Virus record (IMG/VR): IMGVR_UViG_3300018916_000001 | Span: 64,001 to 128,000 of that record | Length of the DNA: 64,000 bases | Direction: 5' to 3' (one strand) | Source: a virus | In this document: positions 30,271-39,854 of the stretch, piece by piece | How positions within the stretch are numbered: the stretch's first letter is position 1 | Layout of the letters: every line of letters begins with the position of its first letter | Translations under genes and position numbers: made by a program | The notes under the pieces: generated by a model | The model's database searches: none | What the model saw: the letters and a program-made list of their open reading frames with translations, nothing else | Told to the model about the DNA's origin: nothing

Positions 30271-30837
30271 ATGCCATCTTATCAAGTTACTCCTGGTTCT
30301 GGTCTACGTATTGCTTGCGAAACATATTTAGAAGGTTCTGATACTGTTAATATCCCTATTATCACTAATAAAACAATTTCAGTTTCCAGTACAAATACAG
30401 GTGTTACAGCTACAGCTTATGCAGCAAACCAATTAATAGGAACTTCTGCATTTACGTTCTCTAATATCTCTCTAAAAGCTGGATTGGGAGGAGTAATACA
30501 AAATGCTTCTTTATTTTGTGATGTACCTTCTACTGGTCAGTATTTATTAAGGCTGTTCGATAAACCTATTACTACTGCTTTCACTGATAAACTTCTTTAT
30601 TCTTCTTATGCTCTAACAGACCTTGAAGCTCAAAACTTTATAGGAGATATTGAATTTTCTTTCGGTTTAGCTAGCTCCCTCAACACTCTTTATGGTGTCA
30701 ACGGAGTATCAATGGCTTTTACTACAGATTCTGCTGGTTCTCCTCATATTTACGGACTTCTACTAGCTAGAAATGCGCATACTATGACGGGAGTTAGTAC
30801 CTCAGGTCTTCGAGTTACTTTAGAAGCATTGCTATAA
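30271..30837 (+). CDS. Hypothetical structural protein
   Basis: TAYAANQLIG...GGVI...L.LFD pattern seen in phage virion proteins. Confidence 0.5.
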   Translation: MPSYQVTPGSGLRIACETYLEGSDTVNIPIITNKTISVSSTNTGVTATAYAANQLIGTSAFTFSNISLKAGLGGVIQNASLFCDVPSTGQYLLRLFDKPITTAFTDKLLYSSYALTDLEAQNFIGDIEFSFGLASSLNTLYGVNGVSMAFTTDSAGSPHIYGLLLARNAHTMTGVSTSGLRVTLEALL

Positions 30838-30838
30838 A

Positions 30839-31321
30839 ATGAAAAGTCAGAATATAGCTAAGATAAATCCAATAATAGATATTACTTCTCCTGTACTTCT
30901 TCAATGTAAGAGTGGAGAATGCGGTAGTTGTCCTAACAATACTGGTAAAATGCTTTGGATACTAGGAGAGATAAGCAACATTGCTTTTAACTTTAGATAT
31001 AATTTCTTTGACAAAAGTGCAGAAAGTACAAGTAGTATTAGATATAACTTAGCTACTGGAACTATAAATGGTTCTAGCGTTAGTTACTCTAATAGACCGG
31101 ATAAAGCTTGGGCAATAGCTAATACAACGATAACTTCTAGTCCAAATCTTACCCCATCTTCTATGTCTGGGTATTCTACTTTATCTCATTCCTTTGCTGT
31201 TCCTAGCAGTGGAGGATGGTTATTCTTCAGACAACCTAATCCAGCTATTAGTAACATTCATGACGCTTTATGTTTTGAATATAACCATGAAAGACGATTG
31301 ATTACTTTTCGTTCGTTTTAA
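30839..31321 (+). CDS. Hypothetical protein
   Basis: 160-aa ORF in the operon. Confidence 0.5.
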   Translation: MKSQNIAKINPIIDITSPVLLQCKSGECGSCPNNTGKMLWILGEISNIAFNFRYNFFDKSAESTSSIRYNLATGTINGSSVSYSNRPDKAWAIANTTITSSPNLTPSSMSGYSTLSHSFAVPSSGGWLFFRQPNPAISNIHDALCFEYNHERRLITFRSF

Positions 31322-31587
31322 CTACCATGTAAACTGTCCCAAATATCTACTTTTCTTTGTAGATTTAATAGGAGCTGAGTAGAAACTCCTAATCTAAGGT
31401 CAACCTCTACAGCTAAAAGATAAGTTATAGGTCTTGTACCTAGTAATACCTCTCTAAGTTTTAGGTTACTTTTACTAACCTCATTTATACTAATTCCTCT
31501 ATCTTCTAGAATATCTACTAAAATAGAACCAGGATGTAGAGGTTTTACTTTTCTCTGCATTATGTTAGTTACAAAATTCACACACAT
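31318..31587 (-). CDS. higA: Orphan HigA/VapI-family antitoxin (HTH)
   Basis: PLHPGSIL...RGIS...G.RPIT...A...LGVS.QLLLNLQ..VD.W is the HigA addiction-module antidote signature; no adjacent HigB. Confidence 0.8.
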   Translation of the reverse strand: MCVNFVTNIMQRKVKPLHPGSILVDILEDRGISINEVSKSNLKLREVLLGTRPITYLLAVEVDLRLGVSTQLLLNLQRKVDIWDSLHGS

Positions 31588-31599
31588 AAATAATTTCCT

Positions 31600-34500
31600 A
31601 TGAATGACGACTTAATAGTTCAAAAGATTCTTAAGCTATTAGAGAACAACGCTGCTTTTATTGGTTATGCCCTTAACGGTGGAATTGGAACTAAGATAAA
31701 CGTCAGAAATACTGAGACAGGAAAAACTATTCAAGCTCTTAGTATTAATGTAGATTCTAGCGGGGAAGTTTTAGTTGTTAAAGATTCCGATGACGGTCAG
31801 TATAAAGCAGTTACATTCAAAGCAGCAGAACAAGTAACTGAAAGAATCATTCAGGTAAGAAAGACTAAGCCTGTGGATGACAAAAAAGTTATTGAATATA
31901 CAGATTCAGATATTGAAGTGTTTTATCTCTTTATCAAATTAATAGATACTGGTAGTCCTGTTTCTACTCAACTAACTTCTACTTGGATTAGAAAAGGTAG
32001 CTCATGTACTCAATTTGTTGGAGCGTATGAGAGATGTAATTATGCTGCTAGAGATACTATTGAAGGAACTTCTTATATGGGTTTGCCTTATAAACCTTAC
32101 TCAAGTTTAAATGATTGTCTTAACGACGATTTAGGCAGAGATGCTAAAACTCCTCATGGGACAGGGGATGAGCAAGGTTTAGGAGCAGGATTTAAAATAT
32201 ACTCTACTAGAATGACTTCGGATGCAGAACAAGCATTACAAGCTGCTTTAATCTCTCATGACAATTACTACGGAACTAATTTTAGAAAACTATTTGGTTA
32301 TGGAAGTATTTTAGAATGTTCTGGAGGAATGTTTGTTGTAGGATGGGAATCTGGATATGCAAGCCCAACACCAGAACAACAAGCTTTAGGTCAGTCAGGT
32401 ACCTATTTTACTCGCTGCGAATTTAGTTATTTGCCTGGATACACAAATGATTGTACTATTGCACAACAAAATGCTAGATATTGCGATACAAGAGGGTTTA
32501 TTAATAGTAAAGCTCCTCTTTTTGGTCAAGAAGAACCTGGACAACCTAGTTTAAATCAAGTTGACAATACTTGGGGACATCAATATGGTTGGGTAGATTT
32601 GTCTTACGACTTTATGTATAAGAGACACTTTATACCTTCCTATGTTAATGGAGCTGCTGCACAAGGTAGCTTTTTAATCTTAGAAGTAAATGATGACCAA
32701 ACACCTACTATTCCAGAAGGTTATTTCCCTTGGACTCCTGGTTGTCCTAGTAACTTAGGAGAAGGAGGCCCATATAATGGAAGTGGAGGTAACAGGTTTC
32801 CAGATGGCCCACCAAAACTAAAAAAAAGAGATATGAAACTCTCTACTCATAAAGCTGAAATTTGGTTGGGAAGCAGTAAAAAAGAAGAAGCAATTAAACT
32901 ATATGAGTTAGGTGCAAGTGACTTATTTTCTGGGATGTACAACGCCTTTATTTTAGCAGCTAACGAAACTCAAGTAGATATAGAAAATAGACTAAGAAGA
33001 AACTTTGCAATTAGTGAAGAAGACCAAGCAAAACATATTAAATTTTATGAAAACTGCAATAAAAACATTATTGATTTAAGAATTGACCCTAGAGTTTGGG
33101 TTTACATTTTAAATAACGTTCCTCTAAGTAACTATGTTACTCCTAGTATAGACGGAATTTTTACAGACCCTAGAAACCGTTCTTTACAACAAATCGTAGA
33201 TAACTTATATAACAGAACTATTAATTTAACAGTAGTAGATAATAAAACACAAGTTGTACATTTAAAACTAGGACTAGAACCAAAAAGTGTTCTTAGTAAT
33301 ACTGATTGTAAAGGAACAAAGTCAGGTAATCTCCCTATAAGTGCTAACGATTTAACACCTAATCAAAGTTGGGAATATAGGAAATACGTAACTATAAAAA
33401 TAAAAAACTGGCAAATAGAATCTACTTCTAACACTTTAGATACTACTTTAATCCCAAATACAACGTGGAATAAACAGTATATAGAAAGGAAATTTTTTAC
33501 TTCTTTTGGGAGCCTTATTTACAATGCTAGTGGAGGAGTTGGTACTGGTAATAGCGAGAGAGATGTTGCAAATAATATATTGCTTAGACCTAATAACGAT
33601 ATTTCTTTTATAGGCTTAACTTCTGGAAACAACTATGAACAATACAATTACAGTCAAGCTAATAATCCTACAAGTAGTAGCGTTTTTACCCCTATGATTT
33701 TCTTTGTTAATAGCAGCACTTTTTTAGCTAAAAATACTTCATCTGGGGATAGTCAACGACGAGTTTTACTATCTACTTCTAGTTGGTGGGCTTTATGGGA
33801 CAGAAGTATCTTAGACTCTACTAAAAAGAGATTAAGTTCTGTAGTAGGGTATGAGAGAAATATTTATCAAATACTTACAAGTTATGGGTTAGACCCTAAT
33901 TTAAACTACACAAGTATTAGTAATAACAGTCATATTAGTAATAGAACTTACTTTGATTATGTTCTTAACAGACCTAAACTATTAGTACCTTCTAATATTA
34001 AAAGTGTAAGAAATAAGCTAGTACCAGTAACTAATGATAATAGCTTTACAGCTTTATCTACTAGAAAAAATACTCTTAATGCTTACGGATTAAATTTCTA
34101 CTATACTTATCATCTTACTTCTTGGTCACAGTATCGTTTAAGTGGTAGATTAGATAATATTACGGTTCCTAACTTAGGTGTACTGTCTCCTTTTTATGGA
34201 AATTCTAATTTAAATACTCACAATACGAGAGAAAGTGTTTTGGCTATAAATACTGATTCTGGTAGTTATGTGTCCACTCGACGATTAGATACTAATCAAT
34301 GGTTTAATAATTTTTGGGCGCAATTAATATTTGACGGTTCTATTAAAGTAGATGTGGATTCTTATAAAAATGTAGAATTTAATCCTCCTACTAATCCAAC
34401 ACGATATATTAAATACGCTACTAATCAACTTAATTCTAATAATGAGTATAGCTTTGTCTTAGATAAAGTACAAAATTTAGAAACCGTCCTTACTCCCGGA

Positions 34501-34626
34501 GTTCTAGATATTACTAAACAAGTTCCTATTAAAAAGCCCACTAATGTAGAGCTAGACCCTAATATGTCTTTCCTAGTGTATTTATTTCCATTCGTTTCTG
34601 TGACTAAGAAAAAGAAGGAGATATAA
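31600..34626 (+). CDS. Large putative tail spike/structural protein
   Basis: 1008 aa, last gene of the + strand block, rich in Asn/Ser/Tyr/Cys. Confidence 0.5.
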   Translation: MNDDLIVQKILKLLENNAAFIGYALNGGIGTKINVRNTETGKTIQALSINVDSSGEVLVVKDSDDGQYKAVTFKAAEQVTERIIQVRKTKPVDDKKVIEYTDSDIEVFYLFIKLIDTGSPVSTQLTSTWIRKGSSCTQFVGAYERCNYAARDTIEGTSYMGLPYKPYSSLNDCLNDDLGRDAKTPHGTGDEQGLGAGFKIYSTRMTSDAEQALQAALISHDNYYGTNFRKLFGYGSILECSGGMFVVGWESGYASPTPEQQALGQSGTYFTRCEFSYLPGYTNDCTIAQQNARYCDTRGFINSKAPLFGQEEPGQPSLNQVDNTWGHQYGWVDLSYDFMYKRHFIPSYVNGAAAQGSFLILEVNDDQTPTIPEGYFPWTPGCPSNLGEGGPYNGSGGNRFPDGPPKLKKRDMKLSTHKAEIWLGSSKKEEAIKLYELGASDLFSGMYNAFILAANETQVDIENRLRRNFAISEEDQAKHIKFYENCNKNIIDLRIDPRVWVYILNNVPLSNYVTPSIDGIFTDPRNRSLQQIVDNLYNRTINLTVVDNKTQVVHLKLGLEPKSVLSNTDCKGTKSGNLPISANDLTPNQSWEYRKYVTIKIKNWQIESTSNTLDTTLIPNTTWNKQYIERKFFTSFGSLIYNASGGVGTGNSERDVANNILLRPNNDISFIGLTSGNNYEQYNYSQANNPTSSSVFTPMIFFVNSSTFLAKNTSSGDSQRRVLLSTSSWWALWDRSILDSTKKRLSSVVGYERNIYQILTSYGLDPNLNYTSISNNSHISNRTYFDYVLNRPKLLVPSNIKSVRNKLVPVTNDNSFTALSTRKNTLNAYGLNFYYTYHLTSWSQYRLSGRLDNITVPNLGVLSPFYGNSNLNTHNTRESVLAINTDSGSYVSTRRLDTNQWFNNFWAQLIFDGSIKVDVDSYKNVEFNPPTNPTRYIKYATNQLNSNNEYSFVLDKVQNLETVLTPGVLDITKQVPIKKPTNVELDPNMSFLVYLFPFVSVTKKKKEI

Positions 34627-34632
34627 TTAAAA

Positions 34633-34703
34633 AGCGAATAAAGAGGCTCGAACTCTTGACTTCTAGTTGGAAGCTAGAAATATTACCACTATACTATATT
34701 CGC
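34633..34703 (-). tRNA. trnG: tRNA-Gly(UCC)
   Basis: GCGAATA/TATTCGC acceptor, TCTAG CT-TCC-AA CTAGA anticodon arm, AAGAG TTCGAGC CTCTT T arm, U73; CCA not encoded. Confidence 0.9.
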
Positions 34704-34708
34704 ATTAG

Positions 34709-34780
34709 CGCACAGAGCTAAGATTCGCACTTAGGATTCTAGTTTTGGAGACTAGCGTGTTCCTACTACACTATTCTGGC
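34709..34780 (-). tRNA. trnW: tRNA-Trp(CCA) with atypical acceptor stem and T loop
   Basis: CTAGT CT-CCA-AA ACTAG anticodon arm; CTAAG TGCGAAT CTTAG T arm; the acceptor GCCAGAA/CTCTGTGC needs a bulge or terminal mismatches. Confidence 0.75.
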
Positions 34781-34803
34781 GGATAAACTAAACCTAGCAC
34801 AAG

Positions 34804-35010
34804 CTAATCAGTATTGTCAACTTTAATACTAATATTAGTTATTGCAAACTCTATAGACTTATAAAAAGACTTATAAAACTCTATTTCTTCTTTTAGTCTA
34901 TTAGGAATATCATCTATAGTTTCTACATCAAAAATATGCTCAACACCTCCACTATTACCAGATAAACCAATAGTAGGAGCTTTAGCCTTGATAGTAGTTA
35001 AGTAGTTCAT
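34804..35010 (-). CDS. Hypothetical protein
   Basis: 68-aa ORF. Confidence 0.5.
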   Translation of the reverse strand: MNYLTTIKAKAPTIGLSGNSGGVEHIFDVETIDDIPNRLKEEIEFYKSFYKSIEFAITNISIKVDNTD

Positions 35011-35014
35011 TTAG

Positions 35015-35500
35015 TTATCTCTTTAATTGGCTATGAATCTTTTCGTCTTCTCTTATAGTAGATAATATTTTAATATCTAACTTATATAGAGAATTTTTAG
35101 TGATATAGCTTAGAAACTTAACTAGATACAAAAGAAGTGAGTAATATGAATAAGCTATCTTCTCTCCATTTTGTACAAATCTTAGTAAATCTCTTGTAGA
35201 ATAGCTAGATGCAGTTTTTCCTCTAAAGATTATGTAAAATAATGGATTTCTTATAGATAACTTATTATTTACTTTCTTTTTCTCATTTTTATATTGTATA
35301 GACTCTACTAGATATTTAGAGGGTATAATTTCCTCTCGTTTATCTAATAGAGAATACAACATCTTAGAGTGTTTCTTTTCTTCTATAGATAACTGATTAA
35401 AGAAGTTAGAATACTCATCATTTCTACTAGATATCTTTTTATAGAAGTTAGATAGTGCATATTCATAATTAGCTAGTTTTCGATATATAAGACTTAACAA
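35015..35500 (-). CDS. Ferritin-like (rubrerythrin-type diiron) protein
   Basis: E...FY...EEKKH and E..A...Y...EDEKIH: two ExxH half-sites. Confidence 0.75.
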   Translation of the reverse strand: MLSLIYRKLANYEYALSNFYKKISSRNDEYSNFFNQLSIEEKKHSKMLYSLLDKREEIIPSKYLVESIQYKNEKKKVNNKLSIRNPLFYIIFRGKTASSYSTRDLLRFVQNGEKIAYSYYSLLLYLVKFLSYITKNSLYKLDIKILSTIREDEKIHSQLKR

Positions 35501-37259
35501 AACTTTTAAACTTATTAAAGATTACTCTCATTATAAATTTAAAGTCTAAATCTTGTATATTATCTAAACTAAAATTCTTAAAAGAAAGATAGTAACAGAA
35601 TAATCTAGTAAAACTCCTCTTGTATTCTTCTCTATCTACCACATATCTCTGAAGTATCTTTTTACCTATAGATACTAAATCTCTTTTATTACTGGAGAGT
35701 GAATCGTTTAGTCTTCTATAAGTTACTATATAGTCTTTCGTACATTTGAAAGTTGCTACTTGAGACAGTTGAATAAGAAAATCCCAATCTTCACATACAT
35801 TATAAGCTGTACAAAATTCTATATCATTCTCTCTAATTACTTCTGTTTTAATGAAGAGATTAGAACCACATCCTAAGAAGTTATATTGAATAGCATCTTT
35901 AAAGACATCTCCATTACAAATTTTAGCTTTACTTTTAGTTACTATATCTCCTCTCTTATCTAGAACTCTACTATAAACACAATCTACATAAGGATATCTC
36001 TTAAATGTCTCAACGGATTTCTCTACTAATTGAGAATCCCAAGTATCATCTGCATCACAAAATGAGATAATGTCTGTACATAAAGCTAATCCTTTATTTC
36101 GTATAAAAGAAACACCTTGATTACATTCATATTTAAGTAAAGAAAACCTATCTCTTATATCTTCACTTAAACAACCTATAAATCTCTGGGATATCTCATA
36201 ACTTCTATCTGTACTAGCATCATCTATAATTACTACTCTAATATTTTTATATGTTTGATTAGCTATAGAAGATAATGTTTCTTCTATATAATCTTCCTTA
36301 TTATAAAGAGGTACTACTACATAAACTTCAGGTATATAATCTTTTAAAGAACTATTTTTGACAACACCTTTATTTAGATAAAATTGATAATCTAACTTCT
36401 TTTTATTAACTACTAAATCATATATAGTTTCTTTAGTTATTGGATGCTCAAAGCAGTTCTTTATATAATCAAATCTTTCTCTATATCTTTTACTAAAGCC
36501 CTCTTCAATTTGTTTAGATATATTCTTATCTCTATTAGATTCGACTTCTTCTGTAGTTTTTAATATATTCTCGTGATGTTGTTCATTACCTATATTAGGA
36601 ATTACTTTTAATGTGTTTTCTATCCTACCATTTATAAGATATTGAATGTCTGCTTCAATATACAGTGAGTTTAATAAAGATTCTAGAGTTTTATATGGAT
36701 TCTCAGTTAGTTCTCTATAAGTAATACAAAAACTATAAGGAATGATAGTCGTATCATTGTACCAACTTACTTTTACTGAGTTCTCTAGTATATCTTTGCC
36801 ATATACATATTTCTTAACTATAGAAGTATTAGGTTCATTTCTCTTAGAGATTAAATGTATATATATTTCTACTAGAGATTCTTCGTACTTTTCACAAGCT
36901 CCTAGTAAATCCATTTCTCCAAATAGCTCTAAATTATCTTTACTAGCTTTTAATATAGATAATACAGTAGGTATAGGAGGTCTTACGATGTATATAACAT
37001 AAATATCTCTCTTACATAATTTTCTCAGTTTATCAATATCTTCTAGATAAAGAGCGTGGCAAGGTGTCTTCTCTATAAGTATTCCCTCATTAAAAGAATC
37101 TAAATAAGTTGCTAACTCTTCTAATGTCTTTACTCTATTACTAAGAAGTTTACTCTCATATAAAATCTTAGTATTAGGTAATCCACACAAATAAGAAAGT
37201 AATAATGTACTTCCTGATCTACCCGCACCTACTATAAATATCAGTTTTTTGTTACTCAT
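35469..37259 (-). CDS. Sulfotransferase + family 2 glycosyltransferase fusion
   Basis: FIVGAGRSGSTLL, EKTP and IVR.P...S PAPS-binding motifs; then VVVPLYN, DDASTD, RNKG, DADD and EDWDF GT2 motifs. Confidence 0.9.
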   Translation of the reverse strand: MSNKKLIFIVGAGRSGSTLLLSYLCGLPNTKILYESKLLSNRVKTLEELATYLDSFNEGILIEKTPCHALYLEDIDKLRKLCKRDIYVIYIVRPPIPTVLSILKASKDNLELFGEMDLLGACEKYEESLVEIYIHLISKRNEPNTSIVKKYVYGKDILENSVKVSWYNDTTIIPYSFCITYRELTENPYKTLESLLNSLYIEADIQYLINGRIENTLKVIPNIGNEQHHENILKTTEEVESNRDKNISKQIEEGFSKRYRERFDYIKNCFEHPITKETIYDLVVNKKKLDYQFYLNKGVVKNSSLKDYIPEVYVVVPLYNKEDYIEETLSSIANQTYKNIRVVIIDDASTDRSYEISQRFIGCLSEDIRDRFSLLKYECNQGVSFIRNKGLALCTDIISFCDADDTWDSQLVEKSVETFKRYPYVDCVYSRVLDKRGDIVTKSKAKICNGDVFKDAIQYNFLGCGSNLFIKTEVIRENDIEFCTAYNVCEDWDFLIQLSQVATFKCTKDYIVTYRRLNDSLSSNKRDLVSIGKKILQRYVVDREEYKRSFTRLFCYYLSFKNFSLDNIQDLDFKFIMRVIFNKFKSFVKSYISKTS

Positions 37260-37260
37260 C

Positions 37261-37647
37261 TTAGAGAAAATCCTTATAATCTACTTTAAAATACTTACCT
37301 AAAACTTTAGCAATAGATCTATCTATCTCACGAATTTCATGTAAAATATCTCTAGTTAAACTATCACTTCCAATCACAGAAACTAAGTCTTCAAAAGTTA
37401 GCTCTAAATTTTCCATTAAAGCTTTTAAAAATTCTAAGGGTTCTAACTGTGGCAAAGGATAATGTTCATCTTCATACTCTTCGATTAAAAGAGATAAAAG
37501 ATGTCCTACCATTTCATCTTCTTGAGTACGATTATCTCCAAATAGTAAAGATTCTACTAACTCTAAGTATTTGTCGTATTGTTCTTCAGATTCGATTTTC
37601 TTAGGAACAATCTCAGATAATTGAATGTATCTCTCTTGATAGAACAT
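37261..37647 (-). CDS. higA: Orphan HigA-family antitoxin (E. coli HigA/YgjM-like, cyanobacterial style)
   Basis: IESEEQYD..L..VE.L...L.LLIEEYE.EHYP....P..FLK.LME...L...DL..VIGS...AK.LG.YF.V; no toxin neighbour. Confidence 0.85.
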   Translation of the reverse strand: MFYQERYIQLSEIVPKKIESEEQYDKYLELVESLLFGDNRTQEDEMVGHLLSLLIEEYEDEHYPLPQLEPLEFLKALMENLELTFEDLVSVIGSDSLTRDILHEIREIDRSIAKVLGKYFKVDYKDFL

Positions 37648-37651
37648 AAAA

Positions 37652-38047
37652 TTACTTCTTCCTAATAATCTTTGGATCTTCTGATTCTTCGTATCTACTA
37701 AATCCTAAGAAGTCACCTGAATCATGACTGAGATAAGGGTCAATCCAATTTACAAAGTTCTTTATCTCATTAGAATAGTTCTTTAAATTACAACGAATAC
37801 ATAGAAAATACTGTTCTGCTATATCATCAAATCTTAGAGTAGAAATAGTATCAGCAGCAAAATAGTAACTATCACAAGTTAACATATATTGCCATCTCTC
37901 ACTCTGACTAAATAAAGGATGTGAAGAAAGTGATATATTTACCTCCTCTATCTCGTGATAAATCATGTACTTTAGAATATCGATTATTCTCTTAGGAGTA
38001 TCTTTACGTAACCTAGCATTAAAATGAAACTCAGTGTACATTCCCAT
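37652..38047 (-). CDS. Conserved phage hypothetical protein
   Basis: MGMYTE...LKNY..EI..F..WI.PY...G..RYEE pattern, familiar from phage hypothetical proteins. Confidence 0.6.
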   Translation of the reverse strand: MGMYTEFHFNARLRKDTPKRIIDILKYMIYHEIEEVNISLSSHPLFSQSERWQYMLTCDSYYFAADTISTLRFDDIAEQYFLCIRCNLKNYSNEIKNFVNWIDPYLSHDSGDFLGFSRYEESEDPKIIRKK

Positions 38048-38051
38048 AGTC

Positions 38052-38279
38052 TTAGTTCTCCAATATATAAACAGTTAAGTTCTCTAATACATCTGTGAAA
38101 TTACCAGAAAATAACACTTTATCTTTTTTCTTAATATCATAAGTATGTAAATTAGGAGAAAGCACTACTTTTGCATTTATCTTATTTGCTAGTATTTCTA
38201 AAGTTTCTTTTGGATATTCACTTCCCCAAGTAACATAATCTACTAGAAACCTAATTACTTCACGTTTAGATTTTTTCAT
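38052..38279 (-). CDS. Hypothetical protein
   Basis: 75-aa ORF divergent from the portal gene. Confidence 0.5.
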   Translation of the reverse strand: MKKSKREVIRFLVDYVTWGSEYPKETLEILANKINAKVVLSPNLHTYDIKKKDKVLFSGNFTDVLENLTVYILEN

Positions 38280-38330
38280 AAATAGTAATATGTTAAACTT
38301 TTTAATAGATATAAATAATTATTAATACTA

Positions 38331-39626
38331 ATGAATCCAAATTTTCAAGAAGCTTTATATACAACTAATCATTCATCTAAAATCTCTAGACTTTCTCAAA
38401 ATGTAGTACAAGAAATTAGTAGAGACGACCCTACTTCTCTTACTGAATATCTTAAAATGTTACATTCCGATCCTGTAGTAAAAGCTTGTGTAGATATCAA
38501 ATGTCTACGAGCTTCTAATACTTTCGGAATTTATCAGCATACTAAATCTGAAATTACAGACTTTATGCAAGGAATGTTTGCTAATATGCGAGATACATTG
38601 AAGAAAAATGTAGGTGAGTTAGCAATATGTACTGCATTAGGCTTCTCTGTTGCTGAAATCAACTTTAAAATAGATAAGTCATATCTTGTATTAGATAGTA
38701 TTTATGCGCTTAATTTAGAAAGAGTAAAGTTTAAAGGTAGTAGAGGTTATATTGAGTACGTAATTTACTCAGATAATAAAAACACTAATATAGAAATTCC
38801 ATATAAAAAAGTCATTCATATAACCAATTCATCTTCTACTACTTTTAATGACCCATTTGGAAGTGCAGAATGTAAAAGAGCTTATAAATATTCTCAAGCA
38901 AAGATGGCAATTTTATCTGATATGGTACTTTCAGGTAGAAATTTAGCAACTGGAATCTTAGTAGGTAAGGTGGATAGTAATATTAGCACTGTAATGATGG
39001 ATATGTATGGTAATCCATTGATCGGAGCTAACGGTCAACCTGTTAAGAAAGGCGCTCATCAAGCATTATTCGAGAAGTTAATTGCTTTAGAGAATCATTC
39101 AGTATTAGTGACAGATAAAGCTAATGATATTATGCCTATCTCAGTACCAGATGGAAGTCAATTTTGGAACAATGCACTTCAACAATTAGATAAATATATA
39201 ATGAGGAGCTTTGGTGTACCTACATTAGTATTTGAGGAAGGTTCAGGTGCTTTAGGAGTAGCTACCTTATCTGTTAAACAATCAACTCTTTTAGACGCAA
39301 CAGTAGAAGTCATTGTAAATCAAATCCAAGACCAGATTATAGAGAAAGTCTGTAAACCCATTATCTTATGGAACTTTGGCAAACAAAAAGATTATGGTAA
39401 GTTCGCTATTGATTCTAGTTCTGACCCTGGAGTTGAAATGCAACAACTTCAAAATATATTCACTGCTATATCAATGGGTATATTTAGTGCAGATGACCCT
39501 GTAGTAAGCAATAGAATTAGAGGGGTACTTAATCTTCCAATTCAAACAGAGAAAGAGATTGAAGAAGCTAAAGCTCTAAAACAAATAGAACAACAAAGCC
39601 AAATGCAGCAACAACCTCCAATGTAA
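38331..39626 (+). CDS. Portal protein (DUF935 / Mu gp29-like)
   Basis: D..V..C, A.GFSV.EI.F, DPFG......AY, I.E.V.KPII.WNFG, Q-rich tail; 431 aa. Confidence 0.85.
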   Translation: MNPNFQEALYTTNHSSKISRLSQNVVQEISRDDPTSLTEYLKMLHSDPVVKACVDIKCLRASNTFGIYQHTKSEITDFMQGMFANMRDTLKKNVGELAICTALGFSVAEINFKIDKSYLVLDSIYALNLERVKFKGSRGYIEYVIYSDNKNTNIEIPYKKVIHITNSSSTTFNDPFGSAECKRAYKYSQAKMAILSDMVLSGRNLATGILVGKVDSNISTVMMDMYGNPLIGANGQPVKKGAHQALFEKLIALENHSVLVTDKANDIMPISVPDGSQFWNNALQQLDKYIMRSFGVPTLVFEEGSGALGVATLSVKQSTLLDATVEVIVNQIQDQIIEKVCKPIILWNFGKQKDYGKFAIDSSSDPGVEMQQLQNIFTAISMGIFSADDPVVSNRIRGVLNLPIQTEKEIEEAKALKQIEQQSQMQQQPPM

Positions 39627-39854
39627 TTAATTTAATAGCTCTATAACTGTGCCTTGGTAATACAGATTAAAATCCTCCTGATAGTCTCCGTTCTCTTGGC
39701 AATCTTCTCCTACATAAACTTTCCAATTACCATTAAGGTCTATAACACATCTCTACTAAAACTAAAGTTATTCTCTATAAAATCTTCTATAACAGCACTC
39801 AAATATGCTATAGAAGTATCTGTTTTTGTTTCAAGAATACTTTTAAAATCAGGA

